Shown here: one piece after another, positions 49,280-58,957 of the stretch
Position numbering within the stretch: position 1 is the first letter of the stretch
Layout: each line of letters opens with the position of its first letter
Source of the DNA: an uncultured Chloroflexia bacterium
GTDB taxonomy: Bacteria > Chloroflexota > Limnocylindria > Limnocylindrales > CSP1-4
Reading direction: 5' to 3'
Assembly (NCBI GenBank): GCA_963712745.1
Contig: CAVQJC010000011.1
Coordinates: 96,001 to 160,000, forward strand
Length of the DNA: 64,000 nt
Program-made: the position numbers and the translations under genes
The notes under the pieces: generated by a model
Database searches by the model: none
Told to the model about the DNA's origin: nothing
What the model saw: the letters and a program-made list of their open reading frames with translations, nothing else

Positions 49280-50255
49280 GGCGGGTGGCGCCATGGAGAT
49301 GCGCAAGGCCTTCGCCGAGGAGCTGGTGGCCCTGGGCGCCGAAGAGGCAAGGCTCGTCGTGCTCGACAATGACGTGGGCCTGACATCGCAGTCCCAGTCG
49401 TTCCGAGAAGCCTACCCGGACCGCTACATCGACCTGGGCATAGCTGAGAAGAACCTCTTCGGGACGGCGGCCGGGCTGGCCACGTCGGGCTTCATCCCGA
49501 TGCCCACGACCTTCGCAGCCTTCGCCACGCGTTGCGCACTCGACCAGGTCAGCATCTCCATCGCCTACCCGGCGCTCGACGTCAAGATCACCGGGCACTA
49601 CATCGGCGGCAGCCGGGCAGGCTCATCGCACATCGCTCTCGAGGACCTGGCTGTCTATCGTGCTCTTCCCAACATGCGCGTGGCCGACCCCGTCGACAAT
49701 GCCGAGTTGCGTCGCGTCATGCGGGCCGCCCTGGCCACGCCGGGCCCTATCTACTTCCGTGTCTCCAAGCTGGCCGTGCCCGATGTCCTCGAGCCAGGAA
49801 CATCGTTCGGCTGGGGGGTGGGCCTGCGCCTGCGCGAGGGGCGCGACGTATCCCTGTTTGCCACCGGCCTCATGACCACCATCAGCCTGCGCGCGGCTGA
49901 GTTGCTGGCCAACGACGGGATCGACGCCGAGGTCGTGCACCTGGCGTCCGTCAAGCCCATCGATGTCGAACTCATCGCCGCATCTGCCGCCAGGACCGGG
50001 GCCGCCGTGTCTGCCGAGCTGGCCACCGTCAACGGCGGCTTCGGCTCTGCCATAGCCGAGGTCCTTGGTGAGCGCTGCCCCGTTCCGCTGCGCCGGATCG
50101 GCTATCAGGACGTGTGGCCGCACGGTGGCTCCATCGAGCAGCAATTCGAGCGCTACCACCTGCGTCCGACCGATATCGCCAAGGCGGCTCACGAGGTCAT
50201 CGAGGCCAAGCGCTCTCGGCAGGCTATCGAGGGCCCGGCGCCAGGCGGCCCGTAG
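49272..50255 (+). CDS. Split transketolase, C-terminal subunit, copy 1
   Basis: GIAEKNL, TFAAF, SHIALED, GPIYFR, VKPID. Confidence 0.9.
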   Translation: MSEAGGAMEMRKAFAEELVALGAEEARLVVLDNDVGLTSQSQSFREAYPDRYIDLGIAEKNLFGTAAGLATSGFIPMPTTFAAFATRCALDQVSISIAYPALDVKITGHYIGGSRAGSSHIALEDLAVYRALPNMRVADPVDNAELRRVMRAALATPGPIYFRVSKLAVPDVLEPGTSFGWGVGLRLREGRDVSLFATGLMTTISLRAAELLANDGIDAEVVHLASVKPIDVELIAASAARTGAAVSAELATVNGGFGSAIAEVLGERCPVPLRRIGYQDVWPHGGSIEQQFERYHLRPTDIAKAAHEVIEAKRSRQAIEGPAPGGP

Positions 50256-50367
50256 CATGGTCCGGCCCATCCGCTGGGGTGGTCCGCAAGCGATGCGCCG
50301 TAGGGGCTATGGACACGCCGACCTGGGCGTCGACCATGGGCGGCACCGAAGTGCCGAGGTGATACCG

Positions 50368-51006
50368 ATGGATCGACGTTTGACATCCACGCTGGTGGCG
50401 ACTTGTCTGCTCAGCGTGGTCGCTGCTAGCCCGTTGGCAGCCCAGAGCCTGGAGTCCGACGTGATCGGATTAGGAGGTCGCGTGGAGGTGCCCGAAGCAG
50501 GCTATGCCGTCACGCTACCCGATGACTGGGTGTACGTCCGGCCGACGGCGGCCGACACGACCGCCATCCTCGAGGCGGTAACGGCCATCGCTCCCGACCT
50601 GGCGACGTTCGTGGAGGCAGGACTCGCGCGCGGCGCAAGCGTCTCGCTCGTCGCCATCGCTCCCATCCGTGCCGACGCCGCCTTCACCATGAACTGCAAC
50701 GTCGTCGACAGCCCCTCCGGTGGTCTGTCCCTCGACCTCCGGGTCGCCGGCGAGGTGGCGGCCTATCGCGCCCTCGGTGACGTGCTCACGGCCGGCCCGG
50801 ACGTGAGCACGCTCGACTTGCCGGCCGGACCAGCCGCACGGCTCGACGCCGGCCTGAGCGTACCCGGGTACGAGGCCAGCTCCTCCTCCTACCTGTACCC
50901 CGACGGGGCGGCTTTCCACACGCTGACCTGCACAGACCTCGGCTGGCCCGCCGACCACTGGCTCTCCATCGCCGAGACCTTCGAGTTCATACCGACCAAG
51001 CCGTAG
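50368..51006 (+). CDS. Hypothetical secreted protein (PsbP/Mog1-like pattern)
   Basis: Signal peptide ending AAQ; GYAVTLPDDW ... IAETFEF. Confidence 0.6.
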   Translation: MDRRLTSTLVATCLLSVVAASPLAAQSLESDVIGLGGRVEVPEAGYAVTLPDDWVYVRPTAADTTAILEAVTAIAPDLATFVEAGLARGASVSLVAIAPIRADAAFTMNCNVVDSPSGGLSLDLRVAGEVAAYRALGDVLTAGPDVSTLDLPAGPAARLDAGLSVPGYEASSSSYLYPDGAAFHTLTCTDLGWPADHWLSIAETFEFIPTKP

Positions 51007-51100
51007 GTCTCGCATTGTGCCCCGCGGCGGGTTGGCAGACCCTCCCGCTGCGGCACCCACCCATCAGGAATGCGCGGCCGTGCGGTGGCGGATCGAAGTC

Positions 51101-51330
51101 CTATGTCGCATCGTGGCGCACTCTGGCAGCGTCGGCGGCGGCGGGCAGCAGGCGCCGGATCCCAGGACGCTCGAGATCCGCCGCTCGTGCGAAGATCAGG
51201 TAGCGGTGCCGACGACCAGCTCCCTTGAGCACGGCGTCGGGATCGTCGAGGTCGGCGCTGCAGGGGATACCGAGCCTGATCCGCTCCTTGAGCAGAGTGA
51301 CGACGCAGACGAGGCCGCGGTCGCCCGGGG
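51101..51330 (-). pseudogene. C-terminal remnant of a DUF1801/YdhG-like gene
   Basis: RLGIPCSADLDDPDAVLKGAGRRHRYL resembles the DUF1801 C-terminus; no proper 5' part. Confidence 0.45.
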
Positions 51331-51335
51331 CACGC

Positions 51336-52388
51336 TCAGTCCTCCCAGATGCGGGGATATCGCTCTCGGAGATCGATGGGCCGACGCGTGCGCGCCGACT
51401 CGTACCCGGCCTCGATGACTGCCAGGGTGCGGCGTTCGCTCGCTGCAGTGGTGGGGCCACCCGGCGCGCCGGCGATGGCGTCCACGAAGGCCTGCAGCAT
51501 CTCGGCATAGGGGGAGCGGTCAGCGCCCGGGTAGTGATGCGTCACGGGTTCCGCATCCCGGTCCTCGGCACCGGGGTGGACCACGTAGCTGGTGTCGCCG
51601 GCGACGATGGTGCCGGCATCGCCATACAGGTGGAACCCGTTCAGCCTCGGTCGGAGCTGGGTCTCTGTCGTCTGCACCAGGTGCACCACGACTCCGCTCT
51701 CGAGCTCGACGACGCCGCTCATCGTGGCCTCGATGTCATCGCGCTCGAAGGAGCTGGCGTGGTGGTCGAGCATGTAGACGCTGACGACCTCGCCGAGCAC
51801 GTAGCGCAGGGCTGAGACCGTGTGCACGCCCAGCAGGGCCCATACGCCCGTGCCGCCAGCTTCCGGCTGTGCCAGCCAGGCTCGACGGCCCGGGTAGGCC
51901 GGGTTCTGCGCGCGGTGGCCGGCGATGCAGGCAGCAAAGGTCAGCTCGCCGAGATGGTTACCCGTGCGAACGATCTCGCGCAGCGTGGCGTAGCGGGTCT
52001 GGTACGGCTCGTGCTCGGCCACGAAGAGAGTGACACCGCCGGCCGTCGCCGCGCCGATCATGTCAGAGGCCTCGGCTACGGTCGTGGCCATGGGCTTGGT
52101 CACCAGGACGTGCTTGCCCGCGGCGGCCGCTTCGATGGCCATCGGTGCGTGCAGCGAGTGCGGTGTGCAGATGGAGACGGCGTCGATGCCGGGGTCGCCC
52201 AGGGCGGCCTGCAACTCCGTCTCCGTCCGCTCGATGCCCAGCTCGACGGCAGTCTCATGCAGGAACTCGCGGTCGCTGTCGACCAGGGCCGCGACTTCGA
52301 TGACACCCTCGAGCTCCCGGACGGCCTCTGTCTGGCGCTGGCCGGTCCAGCCGGCACCAACCATGGCCAGGCGCAGTGGGGGAGTCAT
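51336..52388 (-). CDS. Gfo/Idh/MocA family oxidoreductase
   Basis: VGAGWTG, DAVSICTPHSLH, AGKHVLVTKP, GVH. Confidence 0.9.
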   Translation of the reverse strand: MTPPLRLAMVGAGWTGQRQTEAVRELEGVIEVAALVDSDREFLHETAVELGIERTETELQAALGDPGIDAVSICTPHSLHAPMAIEAAAAGKHVLVTKPMATTVAEASDMIGAATAGGVTLFVAEHEPYQTRYATLREIVRTGNHLGELTFAACIAGHRAQNPAYPGRRAWLAQPEAGGTGVWALLGVHTVSALRYVLGEVVSVYMLDHHASSFERDDIEATMSGVVELESGVVVHLVQTTETQLRPRLNGFHLYGDAGTIVAGDTSYVVHPGAEDRDAEPVTHHYPGADRSPYAEMLQAFVDAIAGAPGGPTTAASERRTLAVIEAGYESARTRRPIDLRERYPRIWED

Positions 52389-52391
52389 GGC

Positions 52392-53279
52392 CTAGCCCTT
52401 GATCCCCGAGCGGGCGATGCCCTCGACGATGTAGCGCTGGGCGAAGAGGAAGACGATCACCACGGGGATGATGCTGAGGGTCGTGGCTGCCATCTGCATG
52501 GCGAAGAAGGGCGTGCCATCCGTGTCGGTGTACTGCGTCAGGGCCACCGGCAGCGTCTGGAGCGTGTCCACGCCGGACGTGAACACGAGCGGGAGCAGGA
52601 ACGAATTCCAGCTGCCCAGGAAGGTGAGCACGGCCAGCGTGGCGATGGCCGGCCGCGCCAGCGGCAGAGCCACGTGCCGGAACACGCCGAATTCGCTCAG
52701 GCCGTCGACGCGTCCGGCATCGGAGAGGTCGCGCGGGAGGGTCAGGAAGAACTGCCGCATCAGGAACGTGCCCACCACGGTCGGTACGCCGAAGATGGGT
52801 TCGATGAGCAGCGGCAGGTGGGTCCCGACCCAGCCGAGGCGACTGACCAGCGCGAACAGCGGGACGATGGTGACCTCCTCCGGCAGCAGCAGCGCCATGA
52901 GCAGGATGGGCAGGATCAGGCCACGGCCGGGGAACCGGAGGCGGGCCAGCGCATATCCGGCCAGGCTGGACACCACGATCGTGCCCAGCACGTTGACGAT
53001 GGCGATGTAGACGCTGTTGAAGTACTGCTGCGCGAACGGCGCGATCTCGAAGATGTCGACGTAGTTCTGGAGGCGGAGCGTCTCGGGGATGAGCTGCGGC
53101 GGGATCTTGAAGACGTCGAACTCTGGCTTGAGCGAGGTCGAGACCGTCCATACCAGTGGCGCCAGCAAGGGGATGGCGCCGACGATCAGGGCCAGGATCA
53201 GGCCGATGCGGAATGCCCGCGAGCGCAGGGTCCGCGGCCGCTCGCTGGCGATCTCGGAGGGCCGTGCCCCGCTACTCAC
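52392..53279 (-). CDS. Carbohydrate ABC permease (MalG type)
   Basis: FLMRQFF..LPRDL.DAGRVDG (EAA loop), WNSFLLPL. Confidence 0.92.
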   Translation of the reverse strand: MSSGARPSEIASERPRTLRSRAFRIGLILALIVGAIPLLAPLVWTVSTSLKPEFDVFKIPPQLIPETLRLQNYVDIFEIAPFAQQYFNSVYIAIVNVLGTIVVSSLAGYALARLRFPGRGLILPILLMALLLPEEVTIVPLFALVSRLGWVGTHLPLLIEPIFGVPTVVGTFLMRQFFLTLPRDLSDAGRVDGLSEFGVFRHVALPLARPAIATLAVLTFLGSWNSFLLPLVFTSGVDTLQTLPVALTQYTDTDGTPFFAMQMAATTLSIIPVVIVFLFAQRYIVEGIARSGIKG

Positions 53280-54204
53280 CTTCGTAGACCCACTTGTGGC
53301 GCGCCAGGAACTGCACGATGGTGACCACCAGCACGAACAGGAACAGGACCACCGCGAGGCTGCTGGCGTAGCCCATCTCGAAGAGCTGCAGGCCCTGCTG
53401 GTAGATGTACAGCGTCCAGGTCGTGGTGGACAGGCCTGGCCCGCCACCGGTCAGCAGGAAGTTGGTGGCGAACGACTTGAACGAGTTGATGGTCAGCAGG
53501 ATCGTGACCATGAACGTGAAGGGGGCGATGAGCGGCAGGGTGATGTTGCGAAAGACGTGCCATTCGTTGGCGCCATCGACGCGCGAGGCCTCGCGCAGGT
53601 CCTCCGGCACGGTCTGCAGGGCCGCCAGGAAGAGCACCATGCTGAACCCGAGCACCTTGAAGACGTTGACCATGATCAGGCTGAAGAGCGCGATGGTGGG
53701 GTCGCGCAGCCAGGCCACGCGGTCCAGGCCCAGAGACTCGAGGATGCCGTTGATGAGCCCGCTCGGCTGCAGCACGAGCTGCCATACCAGGGCCCAGGCG
53801 GCGAGCGCGATGACCACCGGGATGAAGTAGAACGAGCGCAGCGACATGAAGATCCGCGTGCGCTTGTTGACCGCCACCGCGATGGCCAGCCCGCCGATGA
53901 CCGTGAGCGGGACGAAGAACAGGCCGAAGATGAGCGTGACCCAGGCCACCTGTTCCACCTGGGCGCTGCTCGCGAGCGTGCGGTAGTTGTCGAGACCGAT
54001 GAAGTCGAAGGTGCCCCAGACGATGTTCCAGCGGAAGAGGCTGAACCAGAAGATGGCCGCGATGGGCCCCAGCAGGAAGACGCCGTAGCCGATCATCTGG
54101 GGGGCCACGAAGAGCCATCCGAAGAACGCCTCGCGGGCCCCGATCGAGGGCCGCGCGATCCGCTCTCGCAGGCTCCGCCCGGCGACGTCGGCTGTCTGGC
54201 TCAC
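53272..54204 (-). CDS. Carbohydrate ABC permease (MalF type)
   Basis: FIGLDNY, FLAALQTVP..L.EASRVDGA, GGPG, GYAS. Confidence 0.93.
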   Translation of the reverse strand: MSQTADVAGRSLRERIARPSIGAREAFFGWLFVAPQMIGYGVFLLGPIAAIFWFSLFRWNIVWGTFDFIGLDNYRTLASSAQVEQVAWVTLIFGLFFVPLTVIGGLAIAVAVNKRTRIFMSLRSFYFIPVVIALAAWALVWQLVLQPSGLINGILESLGLDRVAWLRDPTIALFSLIMVNVFKVLGFSMVLFLAALQTVPEDLREASRVDGANEWHVFRNITLPLIAPFTFMVTILLTINSFKSFATNFLLTGGGPGLSTTTWTLYIYQQGLQLFEMGYASSLAVVLFLFVLVVTIVQFLARHKWVYEGE

Positions 54205-54313
54205 GGTCCCCTCATGCAGTCCACCCGGCCGTGGCGCGCACGACCGGGTGGACGATCACTCCATCTATGGCCGGATCAGCACGGTGCCCATCCGGTCTCA
54301 CCTGTCGCGACGG

Positions 54314-55585
54314 TCAGTCGCGGCTCATGAATACTCCGATGTCCGAGCAGACCTGGTCGAGGGCGGCCGAGACGTCGGCATCCGGCTTCCAGATCTGACC
54401 GTCGAAGATGAGCTGCGCGGCCTTCTCGGCAGGCGTGTAGTTCTCATGGAAGTACTCCATGCGGAAGTCCTCCGCCTGGAGCACCGGCAGGACCGCCCGC
54501 TCGAGCTGCTCGCGGGTGTACTGCGGGTTGTTCTCGGCGATGATGTCGATGGTCTGCAGCGACTTCCGTACGGCCGGCGTGTTGACGCCGAACTTGGCTG
54601 CGTTCTCCTTGTTCATGGCATGGAGCACGAATCCGCCAGCGAGCTCGGGGTTGTCGCTATCGGCGAAGGCGACCACGCCGTTCTGGGCCAGGGACGGCAC
54701 GAAGCCGGCCGGGCCGGTCGGCGGCGGCACGACGTCCCAGCCGAAGGGCACCTCGGCCAGGCGGGGGGCCACGTTCTGGCGGCCCAGCATCATGCCGATG
54801 TTGCCGGCTGCGAAGTCGGCCGTCTCACCCGGACCCGGATGGGTGCCGTCGGTGTAGATCATGTCCCACACCATCTGGGTGGCTTCCTTGGTCTCCGGCG
54901 AATCGAACGTGCACTCGGTGCCGTCGACGGTCCACGGACCGCCACCGTAGGGGCTCCAGATCTCGATCAGGTTGCGCCAGCCGTTGGTGAAGAGGTTGTT
55001 GTTGAACAGGAAGCCGTAGTCGATGCCCTCGGTCTCCTTGATGGCAGCAGCGGTCGCCACTACGTTCTCCCAGGTCCACTCGCCGTTCTCGTACATCTCG
55101 ATCGGCGTCGGCAGCCCGGCGGCCTCGAAGGCATCGACGTTGTAGTAGACGAGGTTGCCCGCGTTGGTGAACGGGAGGGCGTACAGGGCATCGCCGTCCT
55201 TCCAGGGGTCCAGCGCTGCGCCGAAGTCCTCGAGGTCGTAGCCCTCGGGAACCAGCGGCATGAGATCGACCAGGCGGCCGCTCTTGACCCACTGTGGGCC
55301 CACCGAGGCGTTGATCCAGGCCACGTCCGGCGGCTCGCCTGCCGCCAGCTCGACGGTCAGCACGTCGTTGTAGCGCGGGAAGGGGATGGTCTGGACCTCG
55401 ACCTTGAGCCCCGGGTTCAGGGCTTCATACGATGCGATGTAGTCGTCCCACACCGTCTCCATCGAGCCGCCGTGGTACCAGTTGCGATAGCTGATGGTGG
55501 CGTCGTCCTGGGCGACCGCCGGGAACGCGCTGAGCGTGATGGCCGCCCCGGCCAGCAATGCCACGGATCGTGCACGAAGCCTCAT
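54314..55585 (-). CDS. Carbohydrate ABC substrate-binding protein (CUT1)
   Basis: Signal peptide, PPDVAW, LYALP, YYNVDAF..AGL..P, WTWE; AGGAGG RBS. Confidence 0.92.
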   Translation of the reverse strand: MRLRARSVALLAGAAITLSAFPAVAQDDATISYRNWYHGGSMETVWDDYIASYEALNPGLKVEVQTIPFPRYNDVLTVELAAGEPPDVAWINASVGPQWVKSGRLVDLMPLVPEGYDLEDFGAALDPWKDGDALYALPFTNAGNLVYYNVDAFEAAGLPTPIEMYENGEWTWENVVATAAAIKETEGIDYGFLFNNNLFTNGWRNLIEIWSPYGGGPWTVDGTECTFDSPETKEATQMVWDMIYTDGTHPGPGETADFAAGNIGMMLGRQNVAPRLAEVPFGWDVVPPPTGPAGFVPSLAQNGVVAFADSDNPELAGGFVLHAMNKENAAKFGVNTPAVRKSLQTIDIIAENNPQYTREQLERAVLPVLQAEDFRMEYFHENYTPAEKAAQLIFDGQIWKPDADVSAALDQVCSDIGVFMSRD

Positions 55586-55672
55586 GCCTACCTCCTAGGG
55601 CCGGACCGGGTGCGCTCCCTCGCGTACTCGCTCCGGCGTGTTCAGCCGGGACCGCACTGCCCCAGTCGCTCG

Positions 55673-55702
55673 ACCATAGCGCACCGGTCTAGACGTGTCT
55701 AG
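55673..55702 (-). promoter_or_regulatory. Promoter TAGACA-17-TATGGT with GTCTAGAC operator in the spacer
   Basis: CCGGTCTAGACGTGTCTAG; HutC/DasR-like core. Confidence 0.6.
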
Positions 55703-56549
55703 TTGCTGGGGAGCGCCCAACCCTCTGGGGTGCGCCCGACTCCTGGTGGATGCGCCGGATGGTCTGCTCGTGACGCCACTCCATGCGGAACCGGTCGCGG
55801 GGGAGGCGCGCGCCGATGAAGGTCTCGTACGTGGCGCTGGCCACGAGTTCGTCGACCGGCTGACCGAGGTTCGAGAGGACGTGCTCGCGACAGGCGGCGA
55901 GATAGTCGGCCGACCACAGGATCGCCTCGCGGATCTCGGTGGAGCCTGTGACCACGCTGCCGTGCCCTGGCACCAGCGTGGTGGCACCCAACTGGGCGAG
56001 GTCCCGGAGCGTCCGCTCCAGGGTGGCGCTGTCCCCGTCGCTGAAGGCCGGCGGGATGGCGGTGACGATGGTGTCACCCCCGAACAGCACCCCCTGCTCC
56101 GCGTCCCACACGCAGAGGGCATCCGGTGCGTGACCGGGGGTATCGAGCAGGCGCACCTGCCGGCCGCCAAGGTCCAGCGTGGCCTCGCCGTCGATGACGA
56201 TGGTGGGCCAGCCCAGGCGCAGACTCAATCCGGCGGCCGTCTCGCCGCTGCGCTCCGCCCAGGCCTCGAGCTGATCGGCCATCTGCCTGACGATCCCCGG
56301 CCGGCCGATGATGTCGCAGCCGCGGAAGGCGGTGGACCCGAGTGCATGGTCGGTGTGGCCATGGGTGAGGACCAGCTTGAGGGACGGGCGGCCGAGGGAC
56401 TCGGCGGCGCTGCGCACCGATGCACCCTCGGCATCGTCGATGCCAGCGTCCACCGCCAGGGCCACGGCGTCCCCGGCGATGACGCCCGCCTTTCCAGCGG
56501 CTACCCGCGTCTCCACGATCAGCACGCCGGGTGCGATCTGCTGCATCAC
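55689..56549 (-). CDS. MBL-fold metallo-hydrolase
   Basis: THGHTDHALG, PGH, FGGD, VPGHG. Confidence 0.88.
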   Translation of the reverse strand: MMQQIAPGVLIVETRVAAGKAGVIAGDAVALAVDAGIDDAEGASVRSAAESLGRPSLKLVLTHGHTDHALGSTAFRGCDIIGRPGIVRQMADQLEAWAERSGETAAGLSLRLGWPTIVIDGEATLDLGGRQVRLLDTPGHAPDALCVWDAEQGVLFGGDTIVTAIPPAFSDGDSATLERTLRDLAQLGATTLVPGHGSVVTGSTEIREAILWSADYLAACREHVLSNLGQPVDELVASATYETFIGARLPRDRFRMEWRHEQTIRRIHQESGAPQRVGRSPATRHV

Positions 56550-56575
56550 GGCGTCGACCTGGCCGGCTGGACCGG

Positions 56576-57328
56576 CTACTCCGCGTCCTTGAGCTCGGGT
56601 CGCAGGTCGACCTCGCCCGAGACCTGCAGGCTGAACTGCCAGCGCCCGCCTGGATAGAGGGCTTCGGTGTAGCGCACCGGTTCGTTGCCGGCGGAGTAGG
56701 CCGTGCCGCGGATGAGCACGAGCGGCGAACCCTCGGGCACATCGAGCAGCCGGGCTTCCTCGCCGGTAGCCAGCACCGCCTCGACGCTGTCCTCCGATCG
56801 CTCGACCCGGGCGCCGACCCGTGACATCAGGTCGGATAGCGAGCCGGTGAGGTCGGACTCCAACAGTGCCGAGAGGCGCCCCGGCATGTAGGAGAGGTGG
56901 ATGGCCGCCGGCTCGCCATCGACCACGCGCAGTCGTCGCAGGAAGATGGCCTGGGCGCCAGATGGCAGCGAGAGTGCGCGGGCGACGTTGGAGGGCGCAC
57001 CCACGACCTCGGCCTCGAGCACGCGCGTCTCGCAGTCCATCCCTTGCGCCTTCATGGCGGCCGAGAACGAGAGGCCCTGCGACGCGCCGTGGGCGATCTT
57101 GGTGGGCGCCACGAACGTGCCCTTGCCGGGCTGGCGGAACAGCATCCCGTCCGCGACCAGCCGGTCGAGCGCCTTGCGTGCGGTCATGCGGCTGACGCTG
57201 AAGTGCTCGGCCAGGTCCGTCTCCGATGGCACCTGGGCCAGCGGACCCAACTCCCCGGACTCGATCTGGCCTCGCAGCTCTTCGTCTATCTGGATGTACA
57301 GCGGGACCGGCGATGCTCGTACGACCAT
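56576..57328 (-). CDS. GntR family regulator, HutC/UTRA subfamily
   Basis: PLYIQI, PSETDLAEHFSVSRMTARKAL, GKGTFV; UTRA C-domain. Confidence 0.93.
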   Translation of the reverse strand: MVVRASPVPLYIQIDEELRGQIESGELGPLAQVPSETDLAEHFSVSRMTARKALDRLVADGMLFRQPGKGTFVAPTKIAHGASQGLSFSAAMKAQGMDCETRVLEAEVVGAPSNVARALSLPSGAQAIFLRRLRVVDGEPAAIHLSYMPGRLSALLESDLTGSLSDLMSRVGARVERSEDSVEAVLATGEEARLLDVPEGSPLVLIRGTAYSAGNEPVRYTEALYPGGRWQFSLQVSGEVDLRPELKDAE

Positions 57329-57357
57329 GACGTCTCGGCCTTCCCTTCGTCTGCGGC

Positions 57358-58884
57358 TCAGGCGTGTTCCGGCGACGCTCCGGCTGCGCCGGAGAGTCGG
57401 TGACTCACATGGGTGACGGCCTCTGCGGCGAGGCGGTAGGTGTGATGCAGCGCATCGTACGTGCTGATCCATTCCTGTACCGGCTCGATGGTACGGGTGC
57501 GAGGTGTGGGCACCCGCTCCACGATCTCGGCTGCGCTGCCTGCTCCGGCGGCCATGGCCAGGATGGCGGCACCGACCGCTGGCCCCTGGGGTTCGGCCAG
57601 GACTCCCGGCTGATCGAGGGCGGAGACGAGGATGGACCGCCACAGCGGGCTGCTGGTGCCGCCGCCGGCGAGGTGGGGTCTGCGCACAGGCAGGCCGGCG
57701 CCTTCCATCACGTCGCGGCAGCTGCGCAGCGCCATGGCCACCCCCTCGAGCACGGCTCGCGCGAGGTGTTCCCGCCGATGGGAGGACGAGAGGCCCAGGA
57801 ATGCCGCCCGCAGATGGGCGTCCCAGTACGGCGTACGTTCGCCGTCGAGGAAGGGCAGGAAGAGCGCGCCCTCAGCGCCCGCGGCAACGCCCGAGGCGCG
57901 GCGGTTGATGTCCTCGTACGTCACCGCTGGCGGCCCGCTCGGTGCGGCGAAGACCGTCTCACGCAACCACTGGTAGGCGACGGTGGCGGTGTTCGTCGCC
58001 GCCAGGGTGTACCACTGGCCCGGCACCGGATGGGGATAGGTGAGCAGCTTGCGGTCGACCGTCGGCTCGCTGCTGACCCCCACGACCGTGCCAGTGCTGG
58101 CGATCTTGACCAGGGACGCTCCGGCCTTGACCGCGCCCACCGAGAGCAGCTCCGCGGCGGTGTCGGTGGCGCCGACCACGATCGGGGTGCCGGCGGCCAT
58201 CCCCGTGGCGGCGGCCCACTCGTCAGTCAGCTGGCCACCGGGCGCGGTGGACGACACGATCGGTGGCAGCTGCTCGGCAGAGAGGCCAAGGTCGCGGCAG
58301 ACCGGCTCCAGCCAGGTCGCGCTGGCCTGGTCGATCATGGCGGTGCCGGCCGCATCGGAGGTGTCGACGAGGGCCAGGCCGGTCAGGCGATAGCGGATCC
58401 AGTCCTTCTCGGTCAGCAGCCAGCGGATCCGCGGCCACAGCTCGGGCGCCTGTCCACGCAGCCAGGTCAGCTGCGCCAGCGTCCAGCCGGCCGAGAGATC
58501 GACGAACGTAGCCTCGAACAGCGACTCACCGTAGCGGTCCTTCACCTGCTGTGCGACCTCGGCCGGCCTGGCGTCGAAGGCGAGCAGTGACGGCGCCAGG
58601 GGCTGGCCCTCGGCATCGCAGATGACCGCGGCATGGGCAGGGGCGGTGATACCGATGCCGGTCAAGGCACGACCGGCTGCCGCATGCGCACACGACCGGA
58701 GCACCTCGCGCACCGCGGCCAGCCAGTCGTCTGGATCCTGGGTGACCTCGCCCGCGACGGTCCGGCGGGTCGGGTACCCCGCTTGCGCTGTGTGCAGGAC
58801 GCGCCCACCGCTGGTGAAGACGACGGCCTTGCAGCCGCTCGTGCCGACGTCGACACCGATGGTGACGTCCTGCCGCCGAGTCAT
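57358..58884 (-). CDS. FGGY carbohydrate kinase (xylulokinase-like)
   Basis: IGVDVGTSGCK, KDWIRYRLTG, DTSDA.GT, FLPFLDGERTP, LAGGG. Confidence 0.92.
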   Translation of the reverse strand: MTRRQDVTIGVDVGTSGCKAVVFTSGGRVLHTAQAGYPTRRTVAGEVTQDPDDWLAAVREVLRSCAHAAAGRALTGIGITAPAHAAVICDAEGQPLAPSLLAFDARPAEVAQQVKDRYGESLFEATFVDLSAGWTLAQLTWLRGQAPELWPRIRWLLTEKDWIRYRLTGLALVDTSDAAGTAMIDQASATWLEPVCRDLGLSAEQLPPIVSSTAPGGQLTDEWAAATGMAAGTPIVVGATDTAAELLSVGAVKAGASLVKIASTGTVVGVSSEPTVDRKLLTYPHPVPGQWYTLAATNTATVAYQWLRETVFAAPSGPPAVTYEDINRRASGVAAGAEGALFLPFLDGERTPYWDAHLRAAFLGLSSSHRREHLARAVLEGVAMALRSCRDVMEGAGLPVRRPHLAGGGTSSPLWRSILVSALDQPGVLAEPQGPAVGAAILAMAAGAGSAAEIVERVPTPRTRTIEPVQEWISTYDALHHTYRLAAEAVTHVSHRLSGAAGASPEHA

Positions 58885-58957
58885 CGTGGACCGGCCCCCA
58901 AGCTACGGCGCATGTACCAGAATATACATGTCCTGTCATCCCGCTTGGAGGTCGGTC

